From the NCBI GenBank assembly GCA_963765495.1, contig CAVXWP010000007.1, positions 128,001 through 192,000 of the forward strand: a stretch of 64,000 nucleotides of DNA. Direction: 5' to 3'. Below are positions 42,576-51,241 of this stretch, one piece after another. Position 1 is the first letter of the stretch, and each line of letters begins with the position of its first letter. The notes beneath the pieces are model-generated. The model ran no database searches, was not told where the DNA came from, and saw nothing but the letters and a program-made list of their open reading frames with translations. The position numbers and the translations under genes are program-made. The stretch is from Blastocatellia bacterium. GTDB lineage: Bacteria > Acidobacteriota > Blastocatellia > UBA7656.

Positions 42576-45241
42576 TCGTGCCTCAAGGCCACCAGTGGAT
42601 CAACCCGCATCGCGCGGCGCGCGGGCAGATAGCAGGCCAGCAACGCTGTGCCCGTCAGCAAAAGCGTAATGGCTGCGAAGGTAATCGGGTCGCTTGCGCT
42701 GACACCAAACAACAGCCCTTTCAGCATCCGCGTCACAACCAGTGACGCCGCCAACCCGCCGGCCACGCCTATCAAGACCAGCCGCATGCCGTAACCGAGG
42801 ACCAGCTTGAGAACATCTCCTGTCTGCGCGCCAAGCGCCAGGCGAATGCCGAGTTCGTGCGTGCGCTCTGTGACTGACCAGGCGAGCACGCCGTAAATGC
42901 CCGTTGTGGCCAGCAACAGCGCAAGCCCCGCAAACATCCCGGTCAACCACACCGACAACCGGCGGCGGGCAAGCACCGCCGAAAGCGCCTCTTCCATCGT
43001 CCGCATCTGGTGGATGGGTTGCTCGCTGTCGGTTGCAAATACCGCCTGCCGCACGGCGGCGGCAAGCCCCGCCGGATCGCCTGCGCTGCGAATCATCAAC
43101 ATCTGCTGGTTGCTGAATCCGGGTGCATAAATTTCCGGCTCGACCTGAGTGTCAAGACCGAGGTCTTTGACATCAGCGACGACGCCGATAACGGGAACCG
43201 CGATCGGGTTAGGGAACATCACGCCCATCAGGATATTTTTGCCGACCGGGTCTTCGTTCGGGAAATAGCGGCGGGCCATGGTCTCGTTGATGATAAAGAA
43301 GTTGCGGTTGTTGGCGATGTCGTCGGTCGTGAATACGCGCCCGCCTTTCACGGCTATCCCCATCACCTGGAAATAGTCCTGACTGACGTTACGAATTTGC
43401 GCGACCGGGAAATGGCCCGGCGCAGAAGGCGGCGCGCCTTCCACCGCGAACCGCGTTTTGGCATTGAAGGGAGTCAGCGGAAAATAGTCAATCGTGGCTA
43501 CCCCTTGCACGCCGGGCAGCGCCGCTATGCGCGGTAACAGGTCCCGGTCGAAATTGTTTACCTGCTGAAACTGCTGATATTTCACGGCGGGCAGTGTCAG
43601 TTGCGCGGTCAGTAGATGTTCGGCGCGAAACCCCGGCTCCACCTGTAAGAGGTTTTGAAAGCTCCTGAGCAACAGGCCCGCGCCGACAAGCGCAACCATC
43701 GTGAATGCGACCTCTGCAATCACCAGAAGACGGCTGGTCCGCTGGCGGCCTTTCCCGGCGGAAGATTTCCCGCCATCTTTGAGCGTTTGATTGAGATTGA
43801 GCCGCGAGAGTTGAAAGGCCGGGATCAGCCCAAACAACACGCCGGTCAGCATTGTCACAAACAGAGTGAAGCCCAGCAGTCTCAGATCAAGCCCGACCTC
43901 GTTTAGCGCCGGAAGCTGTTCGCTTGCCATGTGCGGCAGGATGACGCGCAACAACGGCAGGCTCCAGACGGCCAGCAACAGCCCGCCCAGCCCGCCCAGC
44001 AAAGCCAGCATCAGGCTTTCCGTCAGGAACTGCCGGAACAAACGCCCGCGCCCTGCGCCCAGTGCCGCGCGCATTGCCACCTCCCTTTGCCGGTGCGCCG
44101 CGCGTGCCAACAGCAGGTTGGAAACATTTACGCAGGTGATGAGCAGCACGAGCCCAACAGTGCCAAATAGCGCCAGCAGAGCGGGTTTTAACTCGCCGGT
44201 CATTTGCTCGTGCAAAGAGGTGAGCGTGACGCCGATAGTCTTGTTGGTATCCGGGTAGGATTGTTGGAGCCGTCCGGCGATGGATTCCAACTCCGCTCGC
44301 GCCTGGTCGAGTGTGACGCCGGGTTTGAGCCGTCCAACCACTTCAAGCGGATGGCGCACCCGATTTGTCAAATAATCGGTCCCCAGTTGCGAGAGCGGCA
44401 ACCAGACATTCGCATCAAACGGGAACTGCGCGCCCTGCGGCAGTACGCCGACTACGATGTGTGGTTCGCCGTTCAGCCGTATAGTCTTTCCCACGATTCC
44501 CGGGTCTGCGGCAAAGCGGCGCTGCCACAGCCCGTAACTCACCAGCGCAACGCGATCACGTCCTGCCCGATTCTCCTCCGGCAGGAAATTGCGGCCCAGC
44601 GCCGGCTCGATACCGAGCAGCGGCAGGAGGTTTGGCGTGATACAGGTGCCCTGTAATTGCTCCGGCTCGCCGACATCGGTGAGCACATAATTGCCCAGAG
44701 CCTTGAATGAATAAGCCGCCAACCCTGAGAAACTCACTGCCTGTTGTTGCCAATCCTCGAAATCGGGCGTCGCCACCTGGAGCCGTGGCACTTCCGGGTG
44801 CGTCTCGGTTATCGCCACCAGCCGCCCGGGTTCGGCAAACGGCAGCGGACGTAACAGGACGGCATTGATAACGCTGAAGATGGCCGTATTTGCGCCTATG
44901 CCGAGCGCGAGCGTGATGATTGCTATCAATGTGAAACCGGGCGTCTTGAGTAACATTCGCACGCCGTAACGTATGTCTTGAATCATCTCGTCCTCCCAAC
45001 GATAAGTTTGCAACCAGAGCGCATCGCGGAGCGCGCCAAAGGAACGCCTGAGCAGATCGAGTTTCGTAAGCCACCCGAGACGATCCCACTCCGAAAGCAA
45101 CAGTTCGCGATAACGCAACTCGGCCTGCCATTCTTCGCGCCAGTCTCGGCGAACCCTGCCGGGCACGATCACGCCTATGAGCGCGATCAGCCAGTAGCAG
45201 GGATTGGAGCGCCTGGCTTTGAGGCGGTGGAAAAACGCCAT
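42572..45241 (-). CDS. ADOP-family duplicated ABC permease (array gene 1, promoter-proximal)
   Basis: Same motif set; start taken at ATG 45241, 4 nt after the PadR stop. Confidence 0.9.
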   Translation of the reverse strand: MAFFHRLKARRSNPCYWLIALIGVIVPGRVRRDWREEWQAELRYRELLLSEWDRLGWLTKLDLLRRSFGALRDALWLQTYRWEDEMIQDIRYGVRMLLKTPGFTLIAIITLALGIGANTAIFSVINAVLLRPLPFAEPGRLVAITETHPEVPRLQVATPDFEDWQQQAVSFSGLAAYSFKALGNYVLTDVGEPEQLQGTCITPNLLPLLGIEPALGRNFLPEENRAGRDRVALVSYGLWQRRFAADPGIVGKTIRLNGEPHIVVGVLPQGAQFPFDANVWLPLSQLGTDYLTNRVRHPLEVVGRLKPGVTLDQARAELESIAGRLQQSYPDTNKTIGVTLTSLHEQMTGELKPALLALFGTVGLVLLITCVNVSNLLLARAAHRQREVAMRAALGAGRGRLFRQFLTESLMLALLGGLGGLLLAVWSLPLLRVILPHMASEQLPALNEVGLDLRLLGFTLFVTMLTGVLFGLIPAFQLSRLNLNQTLKDGGKSSAGKGRQRTSRLLVIAEVAFTMVALVGAGLLLRSFQNLLQVEPGFRAEHLLTAQLTLPAVKYQQFQQVNNFDRDLLPRIAALPGVQGVATIDYFPLTPFNAKTRFAVEGAPPSAPGHFPVAQIRNVSQDYFQVMGIAVKGGRVFTTDDIANNRNFFIINETMARRYFPNEDPVGKNILMGVMFPNPIAVPVIGVVADVKDLGLDTQVEPEIYAPGFSNQQMLMIRSAGDPAGLAAAVRQAVFATDSEQPIHQMRTMEEALSAVLARRRLSVWLTGMFAGLALLLATTGIYGVLAWSVTERTHELGIRLALGAQTGDVLKLVLGYGMRLVLIGVAGGLAASLVVTRMLKGLLFGVSASDPITFAAITLLLTGTALLACYLPARRAMRVDPLVALRHE

Positions 45242-45245
45242 GGTT

Positions 45246-45572
45246 TCAGCCTTGCTCTTCAATAGTCTTTCCGACCTTTGCAGGCCCGGTCTGTTCAAGC
45301 ATCTTGTATCGCTTCGCCGCCTCTATCAGCGCATCCTCTCCGCTGCGGGTGAGTTGATAGTATTTTCGTGGGGGTCGCAATTCCTGCTGCGCGATTGTCG
45401 ACTTTTCCCATTTCGAGGTTACAAACCCCGCTTCCTCCAGACGACGCAGCGCCGGATAGATCGTGCCGCTCGGCAAACCCGTTATGTCCATTATGTCGAA
45501 ACCATACCGATAGCCGTTTGCCAGAGCCTGCAATATCACCGTAGCCGAAAATGATAAATATCCTTTCCCCAT
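45246..45572 (-). CDS. PadR-family transcriptional regulator
   Basis: [34 protein letters not shown]; GAGGAG RBS before ATG 45572. Confidence 0.92.
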   Translation of the reverse strand: MGKGYLSFSATVILQALANGYRYGFDIMDITGLPSGTIYPALRRLEEAGFVTSKWEKSTIAQQELRPPRKYYQLTRSGEDALIEAAKRYKMLEQTGPAKVGKTIEEQG

Positions 45573-45592
45573 ATGTCTCCTCACTAAATCGT

Positions 45593-45637
45593 ATGTCGTT
45601 TGCTATTTATATAGTTTGCTACATAGGTAAATGTCAA
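45593..45637 (-). promoter_or_regulatory. Sigma70-type promoter overlapped by two tandem PadR-like operators
   Basis: Minus strand TTGACA (45637-45632)-N18-TATATA; ATGT-AGCAAACT-ATAT (45624-45609) and AAAT-AGCAAACG-ACAT (45608-45593). Confidence 0.7.
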
Positions 45638-45722
45638 GCACTTTTTGGCCGGCTTGAGGCGAAAAATTTCCCGCGCGAATTTTGCCCGCACAGGAATGGA
45701 GAACTGAGTTAAGATTTCAATC

Positions 45723-46871
45723 ATGAGTTTTACGCCCGCAGAGCGATTCAGAAACATCAGAAAGAGTGCGATCCGCAGGCTCTATGAGCGCGCGCCTCAA
45801 GGCTCTATAAATATGGGGCTGGGCGAGCCTGGTTTTCAGACCCCCGAAGCGGTGCGCCGCGCGGCCACACGCGCCATAGAAGAGGGCGGGAACGGATATA
45901 CCTCAAACGCCGGGCTTGTGGCGCTTCGCCGTCGGATAGCCGATTATCACAATCGGGACGCTCGCGCCGTTCTTACCCCCGATTCGATCTGTGTGACCAA
46001 CGGGTCGGCCGAGGCGTTGTTTGCGATAGTTATGGCTATGGCAGGGCCTGGGGATGAAGTGCTGATGCCAGACCCTGGCTATCTCGCCTATCCTGTGCTG
46101 ACCGAGATTGCCGGCGCGCGCGCGGTTCGTTACTCGCTTCCGGCGGCGCGTGGCTTTGCGTTTGACCGGGATAGTTTTCAGACCGGGGTTTCGCAGGCGA
46201 CACGGCTTGTCTTTGTGCTGTCGCCGTCGAATCCCACGGGCCGCGTGATCGAGCGCGAAGACCTGCGCTTTATAGCGGAGTGTCTTGCGGGGACTGACGC
46301 CTATGTGGTTTCCGACGAGATATACCGCGAGCTTTATTTCGGTGAGCGGCCCTCTTCGATAGCCGAGTTTTTTGACAGGACCATAATCATATCGGGTCTG
46401 TCAAAGATGATGAGCATGACGGGCTGGCGACTGGGCTGGGCCGCCGGTCCCACGGATGTGATCTCGCAGGTGACGGTGATGCATCAATACGTCTCTACGT
46501 GCGCGTCGGCCATCTCGCAGAAAGCCGCGCTCGCCGCATTCAGCGAAGAAGGGCGCGAGGCAACCGCGCAGATGAGAGAGGAGCTTCGCAGCCGCCGCGA
46601 TGTAATAGAGCGAACCATCGAGCGTGAGTTGAAGTTGCCTTTCGTCGGCGGGGAAGGCGCTTTCTATATTATGCTGGATGTGTCGAAATTTGGCTGTTCC
46701 GAAGCAGTAGCCGAGGCGTTACTTGATGAGCGGGTAATCACCGTGCCCGGTTCGGCATTCGGCTCAGAGAGTGAGGGCTACTTGCGGCTCTCTTTTTCAA
46801 TCGAACCGGAGCGGATAAAAGAAGGGATACGCCGCATTGCGAGAGGGCTCCGCGTGATGCGTGATGCATAG
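45723..46871 (+). CDS. Class I/II PLP-dependent aminotransferase
   Basis: INMGLGEP, SPSNPTG, SDEIY, SKMMSMTGWRLGW, GYLRLSF. Confidence 0.92.
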   Translation: MSFTPAERFRNIRKSAIRRLYERAPQGSINMGLGEPGFQTPEAVRRAATRAIEEGGNGYTSNAGLVALRRRIADYHNRDARAVLTPDSICVTNGSAEALFAIVMAMAGPGDEVLMPDPGYLAYPVLTEIAGARAVRYSLPAARGFAFDRDSFQTGVSQATRLVFVLSPSNPTGRVIEREDLRFIAECLAGTDAYVVSDEIYRELYFGERPSSIAEFFDRTIIISGLSKMMSMTGWRLGWAAGPTDVISQVTVMHQYVSTCASAISQKAALAAFSEEGREATAQMREELRSRRDVIERTIERELKLPFVGGEGAFYIMLDVSKFGCSEAVAEALLDERVITVPGSAFGSESEGYLRLSFSIEPERIKEGIRRIARGLRVMRDA

Positions 46872-46883
46872 GAAGCACCGGGT

Positions 46884-46944
46884 TTTTGACAGGATTAACG
46901 GGATTTCCGTAGATGGTTGGGAAATCCCGTTAATCCTGTCTAAA
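46884..46944. repeat. Inverted GACAGGATT-nonamer hairpin between convergent genes (possible bidirectional terminator)
   Basis: gacaggattaacgggatttcc / ggaaatcccgttaatcctgtc perfect 21-bp arms. Confidence 0.8.
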
Positions 46945-46950
46945 GCCTTC

Positions 46951-49941
46951 TTAGAAGGTGAACTTTGCCGAAAGCTGAACCTGGCGCGGGTCGCCTACGC
47001 CCTGTCTCAGGAACCCGTCGAAGTTGAACAGCCCGGGCGTGGTCAGCGGGTTGATGTTGTTCTTGTTGTTAAAGGTATTGAACATTTCGAATGTCGGGGT
47101 CAAAGCGAAACGTTCGCCGAACCTGAACGGACGCATCACCCGCCAATCGAATGAGAAGAACTTGTTGTCTTTGCGTATGCTGTTGCGGCCAAGATCAACA
47201 CCGTTTACTACGCGAGGGTTCGGTGTGATCGGCTGCGCCGATCTTGCCTGAATCCGCACGTTTGCCGAAAAGCCTCCCGGCAGTTCCATATAAGTATAGA
47301 AGTTGAACTTGTGACGGATGTCTCTGTCAGACAGCGAATAGTCTTTTGAGAAATCCGTGTGATCGAAGATGCGGTCTGTGAACGGATCGCGCTCATTCGA
47401 ATCGTCGTCGAGGTCTTTCGACAACACGTAGTTGCCTTCAAGCTGGAACCCGTCGCTGAAACGTTTTCGCACGCCTATAGTGAATCCGCGATAGAGCGAT
47501 TTGGCCGAGCTTTGCGTGACAAACACATCGCCAAGCGAGGGGAACATCACCGGGTTGACGTTTATGTTTATAAAACGCGTAAGGTGAACACCCTTCGACC
47601 AGGTGAAATCCGCGTACACCGCGAGATTTGGATAAAGCTCCTGTTCGTAGCCGATGTTGCCTGTATAGATGCGCGGGTTGGCGTAGTCTTTGCTGAATAC
47701 GCGGACGCCCGCTCCGGGCGGTATCACGCCGGGCGCTGACGGTGGCGGTATAGTCCCCGGGAAGGTCGGCGGCAAGGGGGTGAATCCAAGGGCGAAGAGT
47801 TGCGTATTTGTGAAGAGGCTGAACTGCTGGACGCCGTTATCGGTGATCGAACCGACCTGCGTCAGCATGTTCTGGCGGGCGTTATAGATTCCCGCGCTCG
47901 CTCTCAGCACCGATTTCTGATTGTTGAACAGATCCCAGGCAAATCCGAGGCGGGGCTGAAACATCTTCTTTTGACTCGGCAGCGTGCCGTCGGAAGGGAA
48001 GCGGGGATCGCTCAGCAACGGCCCGTACGCGGTCATCGACGGGTCTATTGTGGGATCGGGGAATATCTGCGCTTCCCATCGCAGCCCGTAGCTCAGCGTG
48101 AAATTCGGAGCGATCTGCCACTTGTCCTGAATAAACAGGGCATACTCTTCGTTATCGATTTTCGATGCGCCTGGAGGAATATCCGATAACCCTGTGGGGA
48201 TTCCGCCCTGTAGATAAAAGATCAGCGGGCCGACGGGCAGGTTGCCTCCCGGGCAGCTTGCCGGAAGCGTGACATAGCTGCCGTCAGGGCATTCGGCAGC
48301 GCGCGGGCCAAAGCCGCCGGGCGCTGCCGGCGAGGCGTAGCGAAGGAAGCCCGATACGCTGTCGAAAAGATACCGTCCCTCAAAGAATCCTCGGAAGACC
48401 TGATCGTTGAGGCTGTGTATCCACTCGCCGCCCGCCTTGACCGTGTGCGTTCCCTTGATTATCGAGAAGTTGTCTTTGATCTGCGTGCGCCAGAAAATCT
48501 CGTCAACAGTCGGAGCCAGGAAGAACGGATTGCCAAACCGGAAGGTGTCGACAAATCCCATGGCCACATCGGCGGGCACGTTTGAATCCACTGCCGAGCG
48601 CGGGCGGTTCTCGCGCGAATAGGTGAAGTGAGCTTCGTTCAACTTTGTAGGCGAGATCGTGCTGAAGAGATTCAGATTGAATACGTGTATCTTTGACGGG
48701 CCTTCGATGCCGTTTGCGGAATTGCCGTAGGTGGCAACGTCAAAGGTCTGATTCTCGTTTCTGGAACGATCGAAGCTGTATGAGAGTCCCAGTTTATTTG
48801 CCGCCGAGAGATTCCAGTCAAGCTTGGCCAGAGTCGCCGTATTCCTTACGGGGTGCTTGACGGGCAAGCCCTCTTCCTGATTCAGGCTTGACTTGAAGAA
48901 ATCGACAAGCGCGAGCCTCTGACAATCCGCGTTGCCGTTTATCAGCGCCTCGTTTCCCCTGACTGTAGGGTTTGAGACGGGGCAGGGCGTCGAGCCTCGT
49001 TGAACGCTCAGGTTTGGTCGCGAGAGATTTTCGATGATTTGCTCGAAGGCCCCGAAGAAAAATACCTTGTCTTTGATGATTGGGCCGCCGATCGTTCCGC
49101 CGAATTGCTCTCGATGAAAATCTTTGAGCGGCTGTCCGTCTGAGGTATTGGCCGCAAGCGCTTCGAGTCTTTGATAATGGAACAGACTGCCGTGAAGGTC
49201 ATTGGTACCGGATTTGGTAATGACGTTGACGACGCCGCTTGCGGTGCGCCCAAACTCGGCGCTCGCCCCTGTAGCCACTACCTGAAACTCTTTGACCGCC
49301 TCCAGCGTGATGTCGATCGCGGCTCGCTGGCCGCCCACCTGTTCGCCGAAGAAACCGTTGTTGTAATCGCCGCCGTCGAGGCTGATGTTGTTAAAGATGC
49401 CGCGCTGACCCGAGAAGGTTATCTCGTCGCCGTCAGGCCCCTGTACCACGCTCACGCCGGGGGTCAATGTCAACAGGTCTTCAAATTTTCTTCCGAGAAT
49501 AGGTGTCGTGCTTATAGACAGTTCGTTGAGAGTGCTGCTTGATTCGGTCTTAACCGTATCAATGGTCGGGGCAGCCGCGATTGTTATGCGCTCTTCAAGC
49601 TGAGAGACTTTCATGTTTAAGGTCAGGGATATGGTCTGGCCTACTGTGAGAGTCAGGTTTTCCTGAACCAGAGTGGCAAATCCCTGCTTTGCGACGGTAA
49701 GCGTGTAGCGACCGGAAGGCAATTGAAGAAAGACAAACCGGCCGTCTGTATTTGTGTTCAAAGTTCTTTCGAAATTCGTATCGAGATTCTTTACCTCGAT
49801 GAGGGCATCGGCGACAACGGCATTCGACTCATCCACCACCACGCCCTGAATAACGCCTGTGGTGATCTGAGTTTGAGCTTTCGCTACGAACGCCAACGCC
49901 ATTATGCCAAGTAAACAAAATGCAACCAGCCTCATCTTCAT
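46951..49941 (-). CDS. TonB-dependent receptor (Oar-like, N-terminal carboxypeptidase-regulatory-like domain)
   Basis: Signal peptide, EAVKEFQV..SAEFGR..NVITKSGTN, QPRLGFAWD, terminal PRQVQLSAKFTF. Confidence 0.92.
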   Translation of the reverse strand: MKMRLVAFCLLGIMALAFVAKAQTQITTGVIQGVVVDESNAVVADALIEVKNLDTNFERTLNTNTDGRFVFLQLPSGRYTLTVAKQGFATLVQENLTLTVGQTISLTLNMKVSQLEERITIAAAPTIDTVKTESSSTLNELSISTTPILGRKFEDLLTLTPGVSVVQGPDGDEITFSGQRGIFNNISLDGGDYNNGFFGEQVGGQRAAIDITLEAVKEFQVVATGASAEFGRTASGVVNVITKSGTNDLHGSLFHYQRLEALAANTSDGQPLKDFHREQFGGTIGGPIIKDKVFFFGAFEQIIENLSRPNLSVQRGSTPCPVSNPTVRGNEALINGNADCQRLALVDFFKSSLNQEEGLPVKHPVRNTATLAKLDWNLSAANKLGLSYSFDRSRNENQTFDVATYGNSANGIEGPSKIHVFNLNLFSTISPTKLNEAHFTYSRENRPRSAVDSNVPADVAMGFVDTFRFGNPFFLAPTVDEIFWRTQIKDNFSIIKGTHTVKAGGEWIHSLNDQVFRGFFEGRYLFDSVSGFLRYASPAAPGGFGPRAAECPDGSYVTLPASCPGGNLPVGPLIFYLQGGIPTGLSDIPPGASKIDNEEYALFIQDKWQIAPNFTLSYGLRWEAQIFPDPTIDPSMTAYGPLLSDPRFPSDGTLPSQKKMFQPRLGFAWDLFNNQKSVLRASAGIYNARQNMLTQVGSITDNGVQQFSLFTNTQLFALGFTPLPPTFPGTIPPPSAPGVIPPGAGVRVFSKDYANPRIYTGNIGYEQELYPNLAVYADFTWSKGVHLTRFININVNPVMFPSLGDVFVTQSSAKSLYRGFTIGVRKRFSDGFQLEGNYVLSKDLDDDSNERDPFTDRIFDHTDFSKDYSLSDRDIRHKFNFYTYMELPGGFSANVRIQARSAQPITPNPRVVNGVDLGRNSIRKDNKFFSFDWRVMRPFRFGERFALTPTFEMFNTFNNKNNINPLTTPGLFNFDGFLRQGVGDPRQVQLSAKFTF

Positions 49942-50033
49942 TACTTTTCCCTCCGGCTGAAATTAACGGTGTCCTAACCTAAGTGGCTGGACGAATCTAT
50001 AGAATAACCGGGGTCATAAAGTCAACAGAAAAT

Positions 50034-50252
50034 GGGGGTCAGGGGCCGGGGACCGGGGGCCGGGGATGGTTATTAATCGCACTTGTCTTTCTCATCCGAG
50101 GTTTCTGATTGGGATAAGCGCAATGGATATGAACAGACGCGGATGCGACGGAAAAATGCGAAACAAATTTGCGCTGATCGGGTATTTGCCGGCCCCGGTC
50201 CCTGGCCCCTGACAACCGATCACCGGCCCCCGGCCCCCGGCCCCCGGCCCCC
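50034..50252. repeat. Inverted GGGGCCG-heptamer element overlapping the HAD gene 3' end
   Basis: gggggtcaggggccggggaccgggggccgggg / ccggccccggtccctggcccctgac..ccggcccccggcccccggcccccggccccc. Confidence 0.85.
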
Positions 50253-50909
50253 ATCTAAGAGGTGTTCGCGGATGAATTCGGCTACGCCGTCTCCGCTAGG
50301 CAAGGTGGTTACGAAATCGGCATCCTTTTTGATTGAATCAAGTGCGTTGGCTACGGCCACGGCAAAACCGGAGGCTTGCAGGAATGCGTGGTCATTTTCG
50401 GCATCGCCCACGGCTATCAATTCGCGGGGCTGAACGCCTGCTTTTTTTAGCCCCGCTTCAAGCCCTGTGGCTTTGTTGACGCCCGTAGGCAAAACCATGA
50501 CATCCTGTTTGTTAAAGATGATTTCCAGTTCCAATCCGAGCGTTGAGATGGCCGAAAGCACTTCGTGTTCGTGGGGTCTGACGGTCCCGATTATGATGCG
50601 ACCGGCTGAGAATGGAACTCTTCGACGTTCAAGTTCCCGAATAAACTCAGGCGGCGGCGGTACGGCAAGGTCTTCGATTTCATCCGTTGCGGGGCAGTAG
50701 AGCACCGCTCCGTTTTCAGCTACTACCATGTCGAAGAGCGGGATTTGAGGGCAAGCCTCTAAAAGATTTTCAAACTCGCGGCCCGTAACAAGCCCCAGCA
50801 AATATCCCGCTTTTTTTGCCTCGGCCAGCGCCTCTGCGGCGGCGGGAACAACTACGCCGAGGTTGGCCAGTGTGCGATCATAGTCGCAGGCCAGCATCTT
50901 GTATTGCAA
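50220..50909 (-). CDS. HAD-superfamily hydrolase (Cof/IIB-like)
   Basis: ACDYDRTL, VTGR, AENGA, NKATGL, GDAENDH; AAAGGAG RBS before the TTG start. Confidence 0.9.
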   Translation of the reverse strand: MQYKMLACDYDRTLANLGVVVPAAAEALAEAKKAGYLLGLVTGREFENLLEACPQIPLFDMVVAENGAVLYCPATDEIEDLAVPPPPEFIRELERRRVPFSAGRIIIGTVRPHEHEVLSAISTLGLELEIIFNKQDVMVLPTGVNKATGLEAGLKKAGVQPRELIAVGDAENDHAFLQASGFAVAVANALDSIKKDADFVTTLPSGDGVAEFIREHLLDGGRGPGAGGR

Positions 50910-51082
50910 ATCAAGTCTCCTTTCGTCTGATTATTTTAGCATTCAATTCTGTTAGCTCGGCGCTTGCAGTGTCAACCGGTCGGGGCAGAGGCCGCCGGGA
51001 CCGGACGAGCAAAATAAGGCATCTTCGTTGTAGAATGTACCCGCAATTTCGGAACATATCTGTTCGGAGAGAGGATGAATTT

Positions 51083-51149
51083 GCCACAGAGCCGCGAAGA
51101 GGCAGAGATTTTTTACAATCTTTTCTCTGTGCCTCTGTGCCTCTGTGGC
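51083..51149. repeat. Inverted CACAGAG-nonamer element, second copy
   Basis: gccacagagccgcgaagaggcagaga / tctctgtgcctctgtgcctctgtggc. Confidence 0.8.
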
Positions 51150-51241
51150 TGCTGCTGAACTCTTACATCAAAGCCTCACTCTTTAGCGATGAGCTACAAT
51201 CTGAGACAATACCCCGGTTGCCGAAAGTCGGCACAGGTTGA

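Noticed and set aside
20858-45241. Permease leader repeats as a diversity-generating retroelement (TR/VR)
   Set aside because: No reverse transcriptase in the window, and differences between copies are not adenine-specific
20858-45241. Integron or shufflon
   Set aside because: No tyrosine/serine recombinase, no attC-like sites in the very short spacers, all genes in one orientation
20836-45554. Numerous 60-358 aa antisense and alternate-frame ORFs over the permease genes and other long CDSs
   Set aside because: Shadow ORFs expected from high-GC codon bias; no motifs; their recurrence mirrors the paralogous sense genes
50039-50433. Small ORFs containing GAGGRGPG / PPAPGPRP (also 57750-58068, 11659-11862)
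   Set aside because: Translations of the heptamer repeat elements, not independent genes
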